A model generated the notes under the pieces. It did not search any database, had not been told where the DNA came from, and saw nothing but the letters and a program-made list of their open reading frames with translations. Made by a program: the position numbers and the translations under genes. A DNA stretch of 60,684 bases from Nitrospirota bacterium (GTDB lineage Bacteria; Nitrospirota; Thermodesulfovibrionia; UBA6902), in contig JACQXG010000016.1 in assembly GCA_016208905.1 (NCBI GenBank), forward strand, positions 1 through 60,684, given 5' to 3'. Each line of letters begins with the position of its first letter. Positions within the stretch are counted from its first letter, which is position 1. This document shows, one piece after another, positions 1 to 9,165 of the stretch.

Positions 1-744
1 ATCAAATTTATATATCCGAGTTTTCCATTGGCATCACAGCCGCTGTTTACAGAAGAGATCAAAGGTTTAATAGGTCTTGCAATGCCCGCCCCTGATATGG
101 AGGCAAAAAATGCAGACGGCCCCGGTTCTCATTCAGACAGGCTTTACAGCTATGCACATCAAATGTATAAAAGGGGGTTAGTGGAACAGGCCCTCTCGCC
201 TCTTAAAAAATCCTTGCAAATGGCCCCGGAATATGCGCCGTCTCATAATCTAATGGGTATTATTTTATGGAAGAGCGGCAGCTTTAAGGATGCCGTAGAT
301 GAGTTTGATCTGGCGATAAAACTGGACCAAAACAGTACCCATGCCCACTTTAATTACGGATTGCTGCTTTTGGAAAATGAAGAATATGACAAAGCGGAAG
401 CGCACATTAAGGCAGCCATTTCCATCAACGGCAATCTGGCGGAGGCGCATTACGTTTTAGGAATGATTTATAAAAAAAGAAAACAAGTCGGTGATGCCTT
501 AAAAGAACTGGAGGAAGCCCTTACACTTTTTGATAAGAAGAAGAAAACGCCGGCTATATATGAACCATCCGACTATAACAGGATATCGGTGTTATATTCC
601 CTGTCTAAACTATATGCCGAAAACGGCGATTATAAGAAAGCCCTGGATTTGCTTATTAAGGCAACACAGGTTTCCCTTGGCCTCGAAGATAAAGAAGAAA
701 CAGACCATCTTCACAGAAGCGGAGATCTGATGATTTATGAATAA
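1..744 (+). CDS. TPR repeat protein (possibly 5'-truncated by window edge; first in-window start is TTG at 28)
   Basis: The frame has no stop between position 1 and 27. 34-aa TPR-like repeats are present (e.g. AEAHYVLGMIYKKRKQVGDALKELEEAL). The stop overlaps the ATG of the next gene (ATGAATAA). Confidence 0.7.
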   Translation: MKFIYPSFPLASQPLFTEEIKGLIGLAMPAPDMEAKNADGPGSHSDRLYSYAHQMYKRGLVEQALSPLKKSLQMAPEYAPSHNLMGIILWKSGSFKDAVDEFDLAIKLDQNSTHAHFNYGLLLLENEEYDKAEAHIKAAISINGNLAEAHYVLGMIYKKRKQVGDALKELEEALTLFDKKKKTPAIYEPSDYNRISVLYSLSKLYAENGDYKKALDLLIKATQVSLGLEDKEETDHLHRSGDLMIYE

Positions 745-2080
745 AGCAAAATTATTGAGAATCTTACCTGCAGCAATTATATTCGTTCTTCCCTTTTTAC
801 AGGTATTGTCTGAAAATGCCTTTCCATTCCAAACGGCAGATGAATATTTTTCCCATACGGGAAGATTCGGCGGATGCATAAGCGGACAGTGTCATGAAAA
901 GTTTATGCCCGGGAAAAAGACATTTCAGCATGGGCCTGCCGTAAACGGTGAATGTGATACATGCCATACAGGCGCCTATCCCAATCCATACGGCCTGGAA
1001 AGCAATCAGAGCGCTGCATGTTACGGCTGTCATAAAAAGATAGAGAAGGAGATCCAGTCAAGCCAATTTATTCACGGTCCCATAAAGGACGGTGATTGTT
1101 CCTACTGCCATGATCCTCACGGGTCCGATAACAGGTTCTTTCTAAGGGCCTCATACAATAAACTATGCTCATTGTGTCATAGCCTGAAAGGTCTTTACGC
1201 GGGTGAATTCATTCATGAGCCTGTTAAGGACGGCAATTGCGGACTCTGCCATGATCCTCATGCCTCGAATTTTAAATCAAGGCTGACCGACGTTGGCGCC
1301 AATCTGTGCGTTATCTGTCATGAAGACATGATATCCGGAATGACGCGGGAATATATTCATGCGCCTCTGATAAAATCCGGATGCACTGATTGTCATGATC
1401 CTCATTCAGGGGACAGTATACTGCGTTTGAAAACTTCTGCGGACAAAATTTGTTTCAACTGTCACGAGGAGAAAAAAAACGAGATCAGTCAATATGCGCG
1501 AAAGCATGAACCGGCAGCAAAAGGACAATGTGTGTCATGCCACTCGCCGCACTTTTCAGACAACAAATATCTGCTGCTTGATAAGATAGATACTCTATGC
1601 TTCACTTGCCACAAAGACAGCAGTATCTGGAAAAAGCGGCGCTTTCAGCACGGCCCGGTGGTCCAGGGAAATTGCTCTGCATGTCACAATCCTCACGGGT
1701 CTGATAATGCCTTTATACTCCGTATGGCTTTCCCTGATAAATTTTATTCTGCTTATGAAAAGGGTGAATATGACCTGTGCTTTAACTGTCATAAGGAAGC
1801 GCTTGTAACAACTGAAAAGACTATAACAATAACGGGCTTCAGGAACGGAGAAACCAATCTTCACATGTTACATGTGAATCAGAAGAAAGGAAGGACATGC
1901 CGCGCATGTCATGACGTCCATGCCTCTGACCAGGAAGACCATATACGAGAAGAATTCCAGTTTGGCAGCGCCAGGATATCTGTTGAATATATCAAAACCG
2001 GGACAGGCGGCAGGTGTATACCTGGATGTCATAGTGAAAGAGGGTATGACAGGGTCAATATGGTGGACAACAAAAAGTAG
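737..2080 (+). CDS. periplasmic multihaem c-type cytochrome (paired-CXXCH type)
   Basis: N-terminal signal peptide. 13 CXXCH motifs plus CISGQCH (CX4CH) and CIPGCH (CX3CH). Recurrent H-G/E-P-V-x-x-G-x-C-x-x-C-H-x-P-H modules. Confidence 0.9.
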   Translation: MNKAKLLRILPAAIIFVLPFLQVLSENAFPFQTADEYFSHTGRFGGCISGQCHEKFMPGKKTFQHGPAVNGECDTCHTGAYPNPYGLESNQSAACYGCHKKIEKEIQSSQFIHGPIKDGDCSYCHDPHGSDNRFFLRASYNKLCSLCHSLKGLYAGEFIHEPVKDGNCGLCHDPHASNFKSRLTDVGANLCVICHEDMISGMTREYIHAPLIKSGCTDCHDPHSGDSILRLKTSADKICFNCHEEKKNEISQYARKHEPAAKGQCVSCHSPHFSDNKYLLLDKIDTLCFTCHKDSSIWKKRRFQHGPVVQGNCSACHNPHGSDNAFILRMAFPDKFYSAYEKGEYDLCFNCHKEALVTTEKTITITGFRNGETNLHMLHVNQKKGRTCRACHDVHASDQEDHIREEFQFGSARISVEYIKTGTGGRCIPGCHSERGYDRVNMVDNKK

Positions 2081-2148
2081 AGTAACGATATCAGGGAAAG
2101 TTTGACACTTTAATATATAATCTCTGTGGTTATTCGAAGGAGACTGAA

Positions 2149-3444
2149 TTGAAAAAACTGCTTTTAATATTACCGAAGACTGAACGGGGTTACTGGGGCA
2201 AGGTGTCAAGCTCGGGCAAGGCCGGTTTTGTGCGCCTTAGTCTGCCGGCAGTTGCGGCGCTGACACCGTCAGACTGGGATGTGGAAATTTTGGACGCCCG
2301 CACTACCCCGGTTGATTTTAACATGAAAGTTGATCTTGTCGGGATTACGGCTTTCACTGCTGAGGTCCCGGGCGCATACGCTATTGCTGACGGTTTCAGG
2401 GAAAAAGGCGTAACAGTGGTCATGGGGGGGATTCATGTCTCGGCCCTGCCTGACGAAGCGCTAAAACATGCAGACAGCGTGGTCGTTGGTGAGGCAGAGG
2501 GAGTGTGGAGGCAGCTGCTTCATGATTTTGAAAAAGGAAAACTGAAAGCCGTATACCATGCTGACGCTCTGATTGATATGAAAGGCATGGCTGTTCCGCG
2601 CAGGGACCTTCTCGACAGGGATATATACACATCATACAATACGTTACAGGCAACACGCGGCTGTCCGTTTAACTGCGAGTATTGCGCTGTCACGGCCTTC
2701 TTCGGCAACAAATTCAGGACCAGGCCCCTCGCCGAAGTAATGCATGAGATAAAGGAATTTCAGGGCAAAGACTTTTTTTTCGTTGATGACAACATTACCG
2801 GCAACCCGAAATACGCTAAAGAGCTTTTCAAAGCGCTCATACCGTTGAAGCGCATCTGGGGAGGACAGACCACAATTAATTTTGCAAAAAACGATGAGCT
2901 GCTTTCTTTGTATGCGAAAAGCGGGGGCAGGTACGCATTCATCGGTTTTGAGACCCTCTCCGAAAACAATCTCAGGAAAATGAGTAAATCATGGAACTCG
3001 CCTGACGGCTACAAAGAGGCGATCAGGAGGATACACAAGGCAGGCATTAATATAATCGGCAGTTTTATTTTAGGGCTGGACGAAGACGATACAACGGTAT
3101 TTGAAAAGACCTTCGACTTTATCATGGAAAACAATATCGACGCCGCGCAATTTCACATACTCACACCTTTCCCCGGCACCAAACTTTATACGGACATGGA
3201 AAAGGAAGGAAGGATAACAGACAGAGACTGGGCCAAATATCACACAGGTGAAGTCATATTCAAACCAAAAAACATGACCGCTGACGAACTCCAGCGCGGC
3301 TACTTCTGGATATTCCGTGAGACATACAGACTCAGGAATATGCTTAAAAGAAGTTTGCGAAGCCCGCGAAATCTCCCCATAAGGATAGGAACGAATTTCA
3401 GCTACAGGAACAAGGCATTGAAAATGCCGGAAGTTCACGATTAA
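2149..3444 (+). CDS. B12-binding-domain radical SAM protein
   Basis: TTG start preceded by AAGGAG. N-terminal cobalamin-binding-like segment (DLVGITAFT...VVMGGIHVS) followed by the radical SAM cluster motif CPFNCEYC. Confidence 0.85.
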   Translation: MKKLLLILPKTERGYWGKVSSSGKAGFVRLSLPAVAALTPSDWDVEILDARTTPVDFNMKVDLVGITAFTAEVPGAYAIADGFREKGVTVVMGGIHVSALPDEALKHADSVVVGEAEGVWRQLLHDFEKGKLKAVYHADALIDMKGMAVPRRDLLDRDIYTSYNTLQATRGCPFNCEYCAVTAFFGNKFRTRPLAEVMHEIKEFQGKDFFFVDDNITGNPKYAKELFKALIPLKRIWGGQTTINFAKNDELLSLYAKSGGRYAFIGFETLSENNLRKMSKSWNSPDGYKEAIRRIHKAGINIIGSFILGLDEDDTTVFEKTFDFIMENNIDAAQFHILTPFPGTKLYTDMEKEGRITDRDWAKYHTGEVIFKPKNMTADELQRGYFWIFRETYRLRNMLKRSLRSPRNLPIRIGTNFSYRNKALKMPEVHD

Positions 3445-3459
3445 GGATCATCTCCAGTT

Positions 3460-5235
3460 TCATTTTATTCCAGCAGCAGATAGGTAGTCTTGTGCTTTTT
3501 TATGTCCCAGTTGAGCGGCCCTCCGGAAGTCCACGATAAATAAATTGTTGATGCCCAGACTTTTATACGCCATCCCGCGATAGTAATAAGCCTTCGCAAG
3601 CTCAGGGTCAAGCTTGACAGCCTCATTTAAATTATCCACGGCCTGCAGATAATTGCCAAGGCTTCCATAGGCGATGCCAAGCTCATTATAATATTTTGCA
3701 TTCTGATGGGACAATTTGATTGCTTTTTTGAAATCCTCAATTGCTTTTTCATGTAATCCTAATGTTCCATAGGCTATCCCGCGATTGAAATAATTGTCCG
3801 GGTCAGATGGATATAATTCTTCAATTTTATTAAATACGACTATCGCCTGTTGATAGTTGCCGTCTCTTACATACGCGTCTGCAAGATTCATATGACCTAA
3901 ATGACTGTCCGGAAATCTATTTATCTGCGCACTCCATAAAGATATGGAACTTTCCCAGATTTTTATCTGTTGTATTGTAAGGATTGACAACGCGCATACG
4001 GTAAGAATGAATACCGTAAATAGAAAATATTTCCTCAGCTGAAGCAGATTTTTATTTGAGAAATATCCGTACAGAGATGTTATGCCCAGACTGATCAAAA
4101 GAAAAGGTCCCAGACCCGGGAGATAAGTGTAGCGGTCTGCTGCTGCGAAATATCCGAATTTTATGATCCCTAATACAGGCAGCAAAGTTGCGATATAAAA
4201 TAGCCAGACTGCTGACCAGATTTTATTCCTCTTCCATTTATAGACGCAAAAGGCGCTGATTGCCAGGAATAATATAAGCGCAGCAATGTATTCCATTGCA
4301 AAAAATGAGACCTTCGATGGATATGGATACATGGGAGCAAGATTTACCGGCCATAGTATCTTGACAGGATAAAAACAGAGGGTCCGGACTGATATTAATA
4401 ATCTGTCTATGAAACCTGCATCCAGTTTTGTTACAGTTATCCCTTCGGACTCATAGGACACCAGAGTGACTATCGATAAGGTAAGACTCAGCGCAAGAAA
4501 AGGGATTTTCTCCTTAATTACGCTTATGCCTGATTTTAGACCGGCTTTGAAATTAAGACTCTCAAGAGGATAGATGTCCAGGATTACTAATATAACGGGA
4601 AGCGTAACTGCTATCGGTTTGCTCATCATTGCCATGACGAAAAAGACAAGACTGAGGACATAATATAGTCTCCTTTTCTTTTTTAAGGAGATTGAAACGA
4701 ATTTCAGATAATAAAGCAGACTGAGAAGCATGAAAAAACAGCTGAGGACATCTTTACGTTCTGTTACCCACGCAACGGATTCCACGCGCAGCGGGTGAAT
4801 TCCGAAGAGAATCCCTGTTAGTCCGCCGGCTATAAGGGTATTTTTTATATATGCCGTGTCACTTCCCGGACCAGGAGCTGGGTCTGAAAAGCCGGGTTTC
4901 TCCATTAAACGTATGACAAGGATGACTACAAGAAAGGTATTGAATCCGTGAAAGACAATGTTTGTAAGATGATGACCCATTGGGTCCAACCCCCATACGG
5001 CATAATTAAGGGCGTGAGAAAGCCTTGTTATCGGGATCCACATTGTGTCCTGAAACGAGAACATGTATTTGAGGAGATTTAAATCAAGGGCTCTTATATA
5101 AGGATTTTCATAGACATTCAATTGATCATCCCAGTTGACAAAGCCGTTTTTAAGGGCAGGGAGATATACAAGAAAAGTTAACGATGCGATGAGTAATGCA
5201 ATTACTTTTATTTTGGTATCATTTTTTAAAAACAC
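3460..5235 (-). CDS. polytopic GT-C (PMT/TMTC-like) glycosyltransferase with C-terminal TPR domain
   Basis: About 10 hydrophobic helices with an acidic NWDD loop near the N-terminus. The C-terminal ~170 aa are TPR repeats (e.g. AKAYYYRGMAYKSLG, YFNRGIAYGTLG). Confidence 0.6.
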   Translation of the reverse strand: MFLKNDTKIKVIALLIASLTFLVYLPALKNGFVNWDDQLNVYENPYIRALDLNLLKYMFSFQDTMWIPITRLSHALNYAVWGLDPMGHHLTNIVFHGFNTFLVVILVIRLMEKPGFSDPAPGPGSDTAYIKNTLIAGGLTGILFGIHPLRVESVAWVTERKDVLSCFFMLLSLLYYLKFVSISLKKKRRLYYVLSLVFFVMAMMSKPIAVTLPVILVILDIYPLESLNFKAGLKSGISVIKEKIPFLALSLTLSIVTLVSYESEGITVTKLDAGFIDRLLISVRTLCFYPVKILWPVNLAPMYPYPSKVSFFAMEYIAALILFLAISAFCVYKWKRNKIWSAVWLFYIATLLPVLGIIKFGYFAAADRYTYLPGLGPFLLISLGITSLYGYFSNKNLLQLRKYFLFTVFILTVCALSILTIQQIKIWESSISLWSAQINRFPDSHLGHMNLADAYVRDGNYQQAIVVFNKIEELYPSDPDNYFNRGIAYGTLGLHEKAIEDFKKAIKLSHQNAKYYNELGIAYGSLGNYLQAVDNLNEAVKLDPELAKAYYYRGMAYKSLGINNLFIVDFRRAAQLGHKKAQDYLSAAGIK

Positions 5236-5291
5236 TATGATGTCCTCAGGACCCCATTCAGAACATAAAGTAACTGATTATTGCCGGAGCG

Positions 5292-5996
5292 TTACAGGCG
5301 CAGCGCCTTCTTTTTAAATTCATATCTCATCTGTAATACCTCTACTAACAAAGCGAACCCCATCGGCAAATAAATGTAAGCCTTGGGAACATGTTTGTGC
5401 AGCCCTTCCATAAAAATAGTAACGCCGATGGTTATCAGGAATGAGAGGGCCAGAATTTTCAGAGACGGATGCCGGATAATATATTCGCCGATAGGTTTTG
5501 CAAAGGCGAGAATAACGGTAAAAGATACCAGGACAGAGGCGACAATAATCCATAATTTATCCGTTAACCCGACGGCAGTTATTACAGAGTCAACGGAAAA
5601 GACGATATCCAGGAGAACGATTTGCAGGATCACGTTAAAATAATTGTTTGAATTGTTTCCAATGGCTATATCCCCTTCTTCTTTCAGCTCAACGGTGTGA
5701 TGTATTTCTCTTACAGCTTTATATAAAAGAAATAGCCCTCCTGCCAGAAGAATCAAGTCCCTGACAGATAAATTCCAGAGAATCGGGTTTGTCAGGTTTG
5801 CCAGGGCCAGGATAACAACAAGCATCAATATCCTGGCAATTAAAGCAAGGCTTAACCCCAGCATCCTTGCCTTGTTTCTTTGTGACTCAGCCAGGCGTCC
5901 TACGAAGATGGCGATCACCAGAACATTGTCTACGCCAAGCACTAATTCAAGGCCTATTAACAAAGACAGTAATGCAATAGAATCTGCGATGGTCAA
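5292..5996 (-). CDS. TerC family integral membrane protein
   Basis: Signature LELVLGVDNVLVIAIF and a second half-repeat VFSVDSVITAVG. Multi-TM protein. TTG start with an AAGGAGA Shine-Dalgarno. Confidence 0.8.
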   Translation of the reverse strand: MTIADSIALLSLLIGLELVLGVDNVLVIAIFVGRLAESQRNKARMLGLSLALIARILMLVVILALANLTNPILWNLSVRDLILLAGGLFLLYKAVREIHHTVELKEEGDIAIGNNSNNYFNVILQIVLLDIVFSVDSVITAVGLTDKLWIIVASVLVSFTVILAFAKPIGEYIIRHPSLKILALSFLITIGVTIFMEGLHKHVPKAYIYLPMGFALLVEVLQMRYEFKKKALRL

Positions 5997-6120
5997 TCTC
6001 CTTTTCGGACAGAATATCTTTATTAGTTGGAAACCGCTGCAAATCAGATGACCTAATTGACAATGAGATTATATAATGGGCTGAAATAAAAATAAAGGGC
6101 GGGCAAAACCATATTTCGCA

Positions 6121-7101
6121 TTAAAAAATATCAATGCGCTTACTATCTATAATACTTAAGTCAACCATTTTATTATAGATGTTTCTTGCTATGAGCTTAT
6201 ATCCAAGGTCGTTTGGATGCCATCGATCATTTCCCCTAATGTTCAATCCCTTTTCGACTGCTTCCCTGAAAAGAGCCGTGTTATCTATGGTTATAGTCCC
6301 AAGTTTGGCATAAGTTTCATGTATTGCTCTCTCCGGGCGGCCCCAACCGCCATTATGATATTTCATGAAAATAACAGTGATGCCATTCTCTTGTGCAATA
6401 TGATTTATTTCAGCGATATTATTTTCGATCGCTTTATATAAGGCGATTGATTTGAAAGGGTCACGTAGCGAATGTTTAAACCCCTTGCTTATTGTTTCAT
6501 CATTTAAGTCAGGGATTACAAGTTCCTGTTCCGATTGAAACATCGCATCTTGATTTTCTCTAGGCTTGTTAAATTTATTTGAAATTGATACTAATTTAAA
6601 GAACTGATATGTTTTTAATTTATTCAGGAGAAAATCAATGCTGAAAAATAATTTTTTAAAGATGTTTGCTTCATAATATTTTATTATGCTGCTTTCTTCA
6701 AGATTCCAGGGGTCATTTATTCCAACCATCACAATAATCAATTCAGGCTCATATCTCTTTATATTATTTCTAAATCTGTTTAATACCTGTGATGAATTAA
6801 TACCCGGGACTCCAAGATTTATTACTTCAAAGTTCTTGTTTGCTGCTTTCTCATCGAGAAGCCGCTGCAATTGACTTGGATAGCTATATTTTATTGCGTC
6901 ACTTGCTCCAATCCCATAAGTGCTGGAATCGCCAATACATAACACTCTATTTGTGGTTGATTTCTTAAAATTATAGCTTTTGATATTATTTGTATTTAGA
7001 ATGAATCCGCCGAGCCGGAAAAAAAGCTCAATCAACAAAATAAAAATAAATAGTCCAAATATAATCAATAATAATTTCTGTGTTAATGATGTGTTATGCA
7101 A
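6121..7101 (-). CDS. membrane-anchored SGNH/GDSL-family hydrolase
   Basis: N-terminal TM helix. Block I CIGDSSTYG, block III VGINDPW and block V DRWHPN are present. Confidence 0.7.
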   Translation of the reverse strand: MHNTSLTQKLLLIIFGLFIFILLIELFFRLGGFILNTNNIKSYNFKKSTTNRVLCIGDSSTYGIGASDAIKYSYPSQLQRLLDEKAANKNFEVINLGVPGINSSQVLNRFRNNIKRYEPELIIVMVGINDPWNLEESSIIKYYEANIFKKLFFSIDFLLNKLKTYQFFKLVSISNKFNKPRENQDAMFQSEQELVIPDLNDETISKGFKHSLRDPFKSIALYKAIENNIAEINHIAQENGITVIFMKYHNGGWGRPERAIHETYAKLGTITIDNTALFREAVEKGLNIRGNDRWHPNDLGYKLIARNIYNKMVDLSIIDSKRIDIF

Positions 7102-7210
7102 TTTCTGTCATCCCAATGTTTCAGCAATGCTCATTAATGAAAACTATGTAATACCGGTATTCGTGCTCTTATTATGTTTTTGAATCCAGCTGTCTTCCGG
7201 GCGGGAGTCT

Positions 7211-8965
7211 TCATCTTAGCAGTGATTCACCTGCGAGGATGTTCCTGTTGGCTCTTTCAAGATTGCTCTGAATAAGAGATAGCAGCTGCTGACCCATGTC
7301 CTTCTCTTTAAGGGAAATATTTTCAAGTTCATCCGGATCACTCTTCAGATTGAAAAGTAAAGATTCGTGTTTATCAAGATCATATATCAACTTATAATCA
7401 TCCTGCCAGACAGCAATGGTGCCCCTGCTGATTTCTTTCCCGCGGGGGTTACCGGCAATAGCCATTGAGAACGCAGTCCTTGATGGGAGTATTTTACCAC
7501 GCATAAGCGGTACTAATGACCGCCCCTCCATCCATTCCGGAACAGGAATGAGCGCTAAATCCAGAATTGTTGCAGGTATATCTATTTGTTCAACGAGATC
7601 ATGAATGATTCTTCCATTGTGCTGATCAGGCTCTTTGATAATAAGTGGCACATGTGTGACCTGTTCATAAAGATATTGATCACCGTGCCCCAAATATCCA
7701 TGTTCAAAACTCTCTCCATGGTCTGACGATAAAATAATTATTGTATTTTTCAGTTTCTCTCTTGCTGTTAACATTTCAATAAAAGTTTCGAGCTGTTTAT
7801 CACAATATCTTATAAATTCGTCGTACCGTGTCCTGATGAAATTCCAATCTCTCCAAAGCTGTATTTCTGAAGCTTGTGATCTTTTCAAATTATCTGAAGT
7901 ATCAAACATTCCAAGGTATGGCTCAGGCGGCGAATAAGGAGTGTGAGGCGGAAGGACATGGATCCATGCAAAAAAAGGGACCGATGGATTATCATCAACA
8001 GACGACAGAAACATGTTAAAAGCTATTTCGGGCGGCACTTCTGTTTTGGTGGCTTCTTTGGAAATCTGAGACAAAAAATATAAAAAAGGAAAATCTGCCT
8101 TCATAATCCAATTATATAATCGGAATTTATTTGCAAAATGCTTGTATAGAAATACATTAATAGTTTCGGACAAAGAGGCAGGAGTTGTGAACTCCATTGT
8201 TCTGGGAGCCAAATCAAAACTTTCTTTAATACCGAGCAATCTGGGAGATGCCATATTATTTGCAATAAAAGCCATAGTATAGTAGCCATTATTTCTGAGA
8301 ATTAACGGCAGATTTTCGGTACTGCTTTTAAGAGGCGCTGTGGCGCCTTCTGCGTTTACGTATGTTTGATGGGTCCATAATCTTTTTCCTGTCATAAGGC
8401 TGGATTGGGATGTTTCTTGCGGGACAGTACTTGCAGGCTGTTTAACCAATAAGCAGTAACTTACCAAAAGGGCAGAGAATATAAGCCAGATACTATATAA
8501 CCATACTAAAGGTGATATTCTCTCCTGAATACGGAGAACCTTTATAATCCCCTCTGCTTTATTACGAAACAGCCATGTTAACAATAGCGCTATAATGGAT
8601 AAACAAATAGCAATTATCGATTTCTCATGGGCCGTTGTTCCGTGGAGGAATAATTGTATTTTAAAATACCAAACTATGACAGCCAGGAAAACAAATATAG
8701 TTATAAATGTAATGTACAGTTCTATCCTGATTTTCCACCTGATTCGCAGGAGCACCCATTCAAAAATTTTTAGAAACAGCCATACTGCTGTGGCAGCAAA
8801 TGCCGCTACTATAGTCCAGAGAACAGATATCCAGGCCATACTCGGAAGATAATCAGAAAATGAAGCATAATATTTAAACCCATCCCAGCGATAAAATACA
8901 TCACCCATGAGATGAAGAAAGAAAATAACAAACATTAGCCGGAAAATATTTCGGTAAGATGTCAT
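7211..8965 (-). CDS. membrane-anchored sulfatase/alkaline-phosphatase-superfamily protein
   Basis: 5-6 N-terminal TM helices followed by a sulfatase-fold C-terminal part (WIHVLPPHTPY, IIILSSDHGESFEHGYLGHG). Confidence 0.7.
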   Translation of the reverse strand: MTSYRNIFRLMFVIFFLHLMGDVFYRWDGFKYYASFSDYLPSMAWISVLWTIVAAFAATAVWLFLKIFEWVLLRIRWKIRIELYITFITIFVFLAVIVWYFKIQLFLHGTTAHEKSIIAICLSIIALLLTWLFRNKAEGIIKVLRIQERISPLVWLYSIWLIFSALLVSYCLLVKQPASTVPQETSQSSLMTGKRLWTHQTYVNAEGATAPLKSSTENLPLILRNNGYYTMAFIANNMASPRLLGIKESFDLAPRTMEFTTPASLSETINVFLYKHFANKFRLYNWIMKADFPFLYFLSQISKEATKTEVPPEIAFNMFLSSVDDNPSVPFFAWIHVLPPHTPYSPPEPYLGMFDTSDNLKRSQASEIQLWRDWNFIRTRYDEFIRYCDKQLETFIEMLTAREKLKNTIIILSSDHGESFEHGYLGHGDQYLYEQVTHVPLIIKEPDQHNGRIIHDLVEQIDIPATILDLALIPVPEWMEGRSLVPLMRGKILPSRTAFSMAIAGNPRGKEISRGTIAVWQDDYKLIYDLDKHESLLFNLKSDPDELENISLKEKDMGQQLLSLIQSNLERANRNILAGESLLR

Positions 8966-9165
8966 TATGAATTCTCAGCCAATCTTATCCACAATTTATT
9001 TAGGGTTACAGAGACTTGTTGATCGCAACTCGTAATCTTTTGTCAAATTATCGTTATGTCTGTTACAGTTTAACATAAATACTTTCCCGTTGAAATATTA
9101 TTTTTACTGCGATGCTTTCGAGAAACAGGAATAAATTAAGATTATTTCTCAAACAGCTTATGGCT

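Noticed and set aside
5997-6120. Manganese (yybP-ykoY) riboswitch expected upstream of a TerC-family gene
   Set aside because: I read the minus-strand leader and found none of the conserved GGGGAGUAG-type core or a four-helix arrangement. The spacer is AT-rich with only an SD.
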